Assembly (NCBI GenBank): GCA_024704765.1
Contig: JAKMXF010000065.1
Location: 1 to 39,478 of the forward strand
Source of the DNA: Oopsacas minuta
Lineage: Eukaryota; Animalia; Porifera
Direction of reading: 5' to 3'
Length of the DNA stretch: 39,478 nt
Position numbers and translations under genes: made by a program. Below the pieces are notes generated by a model. The model ran no database searches and had not been told where the DNA came from. It worked only from the letters and a program-made list of their open reading frames with translations. Below are positions 35,104-39,478 of the stretch, in pieces. The stretch's first letter is position 1. Each line of letters starts with the position of its first letter.

Positions 35104-36151
35104 CTATTAGATGGAGCGGGTGGTGCATCATGTCATCTTTGGACGGCTACAAGAAAGGAAATCAATAGTTTAGAGCGGGCCAGATTAGGTTTTCCAATTA
35201 ATACATACATTATTGATGCTAACCAACTATTTGACGATATCAACGAGGAAGAAATATTTGGCCAACCTTCCAAAAACGCTGTGGCATTACCCACCACCCT
35301 ACTTTCGAAATAAGCATCTTAGCAGCTTCTCCATTGCATGCGTATCTCTGTGTCTTTAGGTAGTATTTGTTACTCACATATCACTTAGACGCAGGTTGTA
35401 AAAAGTGGTCACCTACATCCACAAAAGTACAGGATTCTTTGAAACCAATAAGATCAATTATAGAAGGTAAATGTAGTATGAAAATCGATATTCCATCTAG
35501 TCAAGGGGGGACTTCAACAACTGGCAATGTTGCACGAGAATGTTTCCGAGATTAAAGAGATTTCTTCAGATAGGCCCTTCACTATTTACCCAGTTGATAA
35601 ACTAACCCTGAAAATCATTCAAAACAACCTCTCGGCGATTTTGAGGATAGTTAACAACAAAGACCACATTAATTGTCATGGTCTTGAAAGTCTCTACAAG
35701 GAAACATGTGAAATTGTTTTAATCACTTTCCTTGGGTAAGCATCTCTCCCTCTCTTCATAAACTGCTTGCTCATTGTTTTCAAATAATTTATCGCTATAA
35801 TTATGATTATGGATTACAAAAAAATTCTGAAGAATGTTCAGAGGCTTGCAAAAAGTATGTCCGAAGGTATAGAGAAAATTTAGCAGGAAAAACATCCTTT
35901 GCTGACAACTTTCGTGATATTTTAGTCCGACTTTTGTGCTTCAGTGACCCTGTATTGGTTTTAAATCGTCACAAAAGTATTTGAAAACGCTAGATCAAAC
36001 GAAGATGCCATGCCTGCAATATCTGAACAGGATACCCTTTATGTATCCCTGATATTCTATTAAAATTATGAATTAGTGATTTTAGTGATGACGTCATCTT
36101 CACATATTTCGAGTGAGATAATTGAAACTTTGACTTCTCCAATGAAATGTA

Positions 36152-37683
36152 CGGGGTCAATTTCATTTATTAGTATAATACAAATATTATCGATTTGAGG
36201 TTACAATTTGGCTAATCTCTCATTTATCCATTTTAACACACTTGCTATATTCATTTTACAATAATTATTTGAAATAGCATCCCTTATTTTGAATACACTT
36301 TTTCATTCGTTGAAACAAAGCTTGATTAGCTTCTTTAAATACGTTTTCGTTGATGTCTCCGATCACTTCTCTCAGGGCCTCCTCAAGTTCAGAATTCGAT
36401 GAAAAATTTCTGCCTTTAAGGTATTTTTTTAATTCTAGGAAAGAGCCAGAAGTCGCAGGGTGCTAGATCTGGAGAATAAGGGTTGTGGCAAAATATATAG
36501 TCGTGATACTTCAATGAATAGTCTTGCCATTTTTGATGTATGAGAACTGGCATTATCGTGGTGCAAAAATGTTTCCCTTATTCCTGGCCAATGACACTGT
36601 AAATTTAGTGATTTTATGAGTAGAGGCAAACAACTCTCTGTATACCAGGTTGAATTTATTGTCTTTCCAGGTTCAACAGGTACAACGGTTTTAACACCCG
36701 TTGTATTAAAAAAATTGCATGCATTTGTTTCTTGGTGTACTGAGTTCTGCGAACCTTTGTTGGGGCACCTTCTCCAATTTGGCACCATTGACGGCTCTGT
36801 GCTTTGTTTTGGGATCATAGTGATAGATCCATGTTTCATCACCTGTTATTATCTTGGAAACATCTCTACTGTTGGTATTGTTGGATTTTTAAGCATTCCA
36901 TGGCGCCATTTCACTCAATTCTGCTCCTGGTCATGATGAAGCTAATGTGAGATCCAACGGGCACAAAGTTTAAGTGGCTGAAGGGATTGGTGCAAAATGG
37001 TGTGCACTGCCCCGAATGTGATGCCAATTTCGTGCTGGATCCTCTTACATGTAACTTTTGAGTCTGCTATCACCATGTCCTTAATTGACTCAACAATTCC
37101 CTCTGTAGCAGCGTATGGGGGTGGTCCAGGGCGAGCTTGGTCTTCAAGATGAGAATTCGCACATTTAAATTCTCGATACAATCTTTTCACTATTGCCGCA
37201 GATACCTGTAGTTTGGAAAGCTGTATAAGATTTTAGTGGCATCCTTTTATTGTTTTCAAAATTGGGACTGAAAAAGTATTATAGCACGAATATTACGACC
37301 TGATATCTGTATTGAGGATTTGGCGAGTAAGAAATCCATAATTACAGTAGAACTCGGATAAGACGTACCCGCTCGTGAAACAGAAATTAGTACGTCTTAA
37401 CCGAGTGTACGTCTTATCCGAACATGTTTGCATTACAAATAATGATGACTGATATTTTGGGATATAAGAAATGGTACGTCTTAACCGAGTGTACGTCTTA
37501 AGCCGAGTACGTCTTATACGAGTTCTACTGTAATTAAACTGCTGCAAACTGAAAAGTATACATGATAACTTACAAGATTTTTAGCGAAGTACTTTTATCC
37601 CATATTTATTCCAAAGAAGTTATGGTTTGCTTATATAGGAGCTTGCAACATAGTAAGGCTCAAAACTTTTTAGGTGGCCCTCG
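36152..37683 (-). mobile_element. Mariner (DD34D) element with decayed transposase (~36265-37339)
   Basis: The 5' TIR is (reverse complement) cgagggccacctaaaaagttttgagcc, flanked by TA (37684-37685). It carries EDQARPG, LCARWISH, HHDNASSH, PDL..CDFWL and KGCYF*. The left terminus is degenerate and approximate. Confidence 0.75.
37345..37530. mobile_element. 186-bp pogo/Tigger-like MITE
   Basis: TA|cagtagaactcggataagacgtac ... gtacgtcttatacgagttctactg|TA, with internal gtacgtcttaaccgagt repeats. Confidence 0.88.
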
Positions 37684-37685
37684 TA

Positions 37686-38216
37686 CACTGGAAAGTGTTT
37701 AGGATTGACGATGAAGGAAATATATAAATATATGATTGATTAATTATCCGGGGTATAAGTGAAGCCCGTACTTCCAACCTGCACTGCTTTATCGAAGCGA
37801 GACTGAAGATTTAAACTTACAGTCCAAGAGCAACAACAACAAGGGGGGGATTCAGATTGTGGTGTATTTGTTATTGTAGTTAGTATCGCGTTGGTGAATG
37901 GTTTAGAACCAAGTTTATTGACATGAAACCAGGTCAATATGAGGCGTTACCTGCGTAATTTCATTAATTCTGAAAAATTATCACCCCTGCCTACAATTTC
38001 TGAAAGACGCTGTTCACGGATAAAGGTTAATAAGAAGTTGGAATATACAATTGAACTTTAGCGTAGTTGTCGCCTACCCAAGTTTGCTTTCAAGAATATG
38101 GTGGATTGTCAAGTGTGTACTAATGGTTTTACAAACCATGTGTTGGCCTACAGGATATTACCCAAAAGGTTTCCTCGTTCATTTATAAAGTTGTAACAGC
38201 AAAAGAAAAGCTTAGT
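37686..38216 (+). pseudogene. Ulp1/SENP-like (C48) cysteine protease C-terminal half fused to a PHD finger, decayed
   Basis: It reads HW...IYD, then QQQQGGDSDCGVFVI..ALVNG..P....NQ..MRRYL, then SCRLP....NMVDCQVC.(W)F.KPCVGL. Stops and frameshifts are present. Confidence 0.7.
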
Positions 38217-38301
38217 AAAGATAGTAAAAAGTATACTTGTTAATTTAATACCATTTATTCATTATTTATGAATCAAGAATAGGGTAAGAGCTACTAGCAC
38301 T

Positions 38302-38565
38302 TTAGTTTTCGTAATTCTTGTTCATTCGAACAGTATAAAAAATATCGCACTCTGTAGAATATGTTTTCGATCCAAATGAAAGATACTGGGTAGTTAATCT
38401 CCTTAATGTAGAGAAGAGCTGCTCGCATACTTGAGAGTTTATTCTCATGAAATCGTGACTCTTTACTAACTTCAAAGAATAAGTTGGATTGTAGTAATGA
38501 TTCTTCCAGTGAAAGCGATCAACCAGGAGCGTAGTATCTTTGAAAAGTTTGGGTTCCTTAATGAT
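38302..38565 (-). pseudogene. KDZ (Kyakuja-Dileera-Zisupton)/HMGXB3-like transposase C-terminal fragment
   Basis: The open frame reads IKEPKLFKDTTLLVDRFHWKNH...RINSQVCEQLFSTLRR. This matches the D.FH..NH and NS..CEQ.F motifs of KDZ catalytic domains. Confidence 0.7.
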
Positions 38566-38680
38566 CAGGGTTGTATCAACTCATTTTGAGTTGGCAAAAT
38601 CAACTCATTTTATTGAATGAGTGGAATGAGTTGATAGTTCAATGAAATGAGTTGAAATGAGTTCAACTGATTTTACGCAC
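38566..38680. repeat. MITE-like fragment with caactcat/atgagttg micro-repeats
   Basis: It starts cagggttg, has repeated caactcat in both orientations, and cuts the KDZ frame. The right end is unclear. Confidence 0.4.
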
Positions 38681-39376
38681 ATTTTTCTTTCGGTTAATTA
38701 TGTTAATGATCTCTGATACGGTAATAGTAGATTGTCTTATGAAGAAAAACCATAGTTGATTCCAACCATTCAATGTATATCAGACTGCATTTATAATCCT
38801 AATTATATATAGTCAAACACAATTTGAAAGATTGCGTGGTTGATCAACCATACTCAGGTAATTACTCACTACCTTGGCCCCAAATGAAATTTTTGTTCAC
38901 TGACTTTAAGTTAATCCAATTCATCTTTCTGAATTTAAGTTAATCTAATTCATCTGGAGATTCTTGACGCATTTTTTATCTAATTATTTCATCTACGTAC
39001 GTATTAGCATATTGTCTAATGGCAAATGAAACTCTCTTCTCGAATGATGATACCGATTCACCTATAAATTCTACTCCTCCTTCCTTGGTTGAACTAAATT
39101 CCGATAATTTTGTCATAACTTCAAAACAAGGTGATGTGGATACTATTTGCTAGATTCGGATTTCATCCTAAGTGATGTTCTAACTACAAAGGGATTTCAA
39201 GTAGTTCGTAACCCTAGCTATTGCTATCATTGTTTAACCACATGTATTTACTATTTGCATCTAATTTATAGCTTAGATTTTCGTCTATTTAGGACACTAT
39301 ACTTTGTGGAAATTGATTCGATATTTTTTGAGATACACTCTTTTGAAGATAGGTTATAGCAACCACAGAGGAATTT

Positions 39377-39478
39377 ATGGCTTCAAAATCTAATGAATTT
39401 CTACTTGAACAAAGAGCATACATCAAAATCCGCTCATTACTCGGCGATACGCCAAGGAATATCCACCAAGATTTAGTA
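39377..39478 (+). CDS. Mariner transposase N-terminus running off the window
   Basis: MASKSNEFLLEQRAYIKIRSLLGDTPRNIHQDL is a mariner HTH start. Its ATG context gaatttATGg is shared with the mariner start at 9669. Confidence 0.7.
   Translation, partial: MASKSNEFLLEQRAYIKIRSLLGDTPRNIHQDLV

Larger units (their letters stand above)
30928..36063 (+). pseudogene. Transib/RAG1-like transposase pseudogene in two pieces (30928-32099 and 35109-36063)
   Basis: Motifs: KEAYDIY..AARQII, FVAQREQV, LLEIGAFKY, RIADGLDGSGSH, FDTK-AGLLDGAGGASCHL, SPLHAY, QGGTSTTGNVAR, LHKLLAH, SEECSEACKKYVRRYR, SDPVL. These are colinear with 19455-21583. Confidence 0.9.
29203..36150 (+). mobile_element. Second, divergent Transib element, interrupted by a DD37E Tc1 and a hAT; right TIR not found
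   Basis: A candidate left end CACAGTGG lies at 29203. Transposase remnants occur on both sides of the hAT. The boundaries are approximate. Confidence 0.6.

Noticed and set aside
8324-36936. Numerous antisense or alternate-frame ORFs overlapping transposases (e.g. 8324-8680, 11143-11412, 19888-20394, 29562-29888, 36616-36936)
   Set aside because: They are shadow frames of the transposase genes and have no independent motifs.
37293-37547. 84-aa ORF with TRLRRT repeats
   Set aside because: It is a translation of the internal repeats of the Tigger-like MITE.
36100-37700. Right TIR of the second Transib
   Set aside because: No CACTGTG or CATTGTG followed by attct was found. The sequence beyond the mariner is Ulp1 coding, so the end appears to be deleted.

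Overview
This is eukaryotic, AT-rich DNA, probably from an invertebrate animal (inferred from spliceosomal-type GT-AG introns, a TATA box and animal-type transposon families). Almost the whole window is a multiply nested cluster of cut-and-paste DNA transposons: DD34D mariners, DD37D maT elements, three DD37E Tc1-like elements, four large hAT elements plus fragments and MITEs, piggyBac, Chapaev, a KDZ/Zisupton fragment with a convergent Ulp1-protease/PHD gene, and two Transib (RAG1-core-like) elements. The standout is a complete 2.9-kb Transib (19267-22201). It has a perfect RSS heptamer CACAGTG at one end, a CGCAG 5-bp target duplication, asymmetric bipartite termini, an NBD-like segment, and intact DDE and Zn-binding motifs, with one frameshift near the start. 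Also notable are a hAT with a 5-bp rather than 8-bp TSD, and an inverted pair of orphan, intron-bearing coiled-coil genes that could form a ~436-bp hairpin. I saw no rRNA, tRNA, CRISPR array, retrotransposon pol or confidently identifiable host gene. All calls are by-eye motif and boundary reading; no database searches were run.
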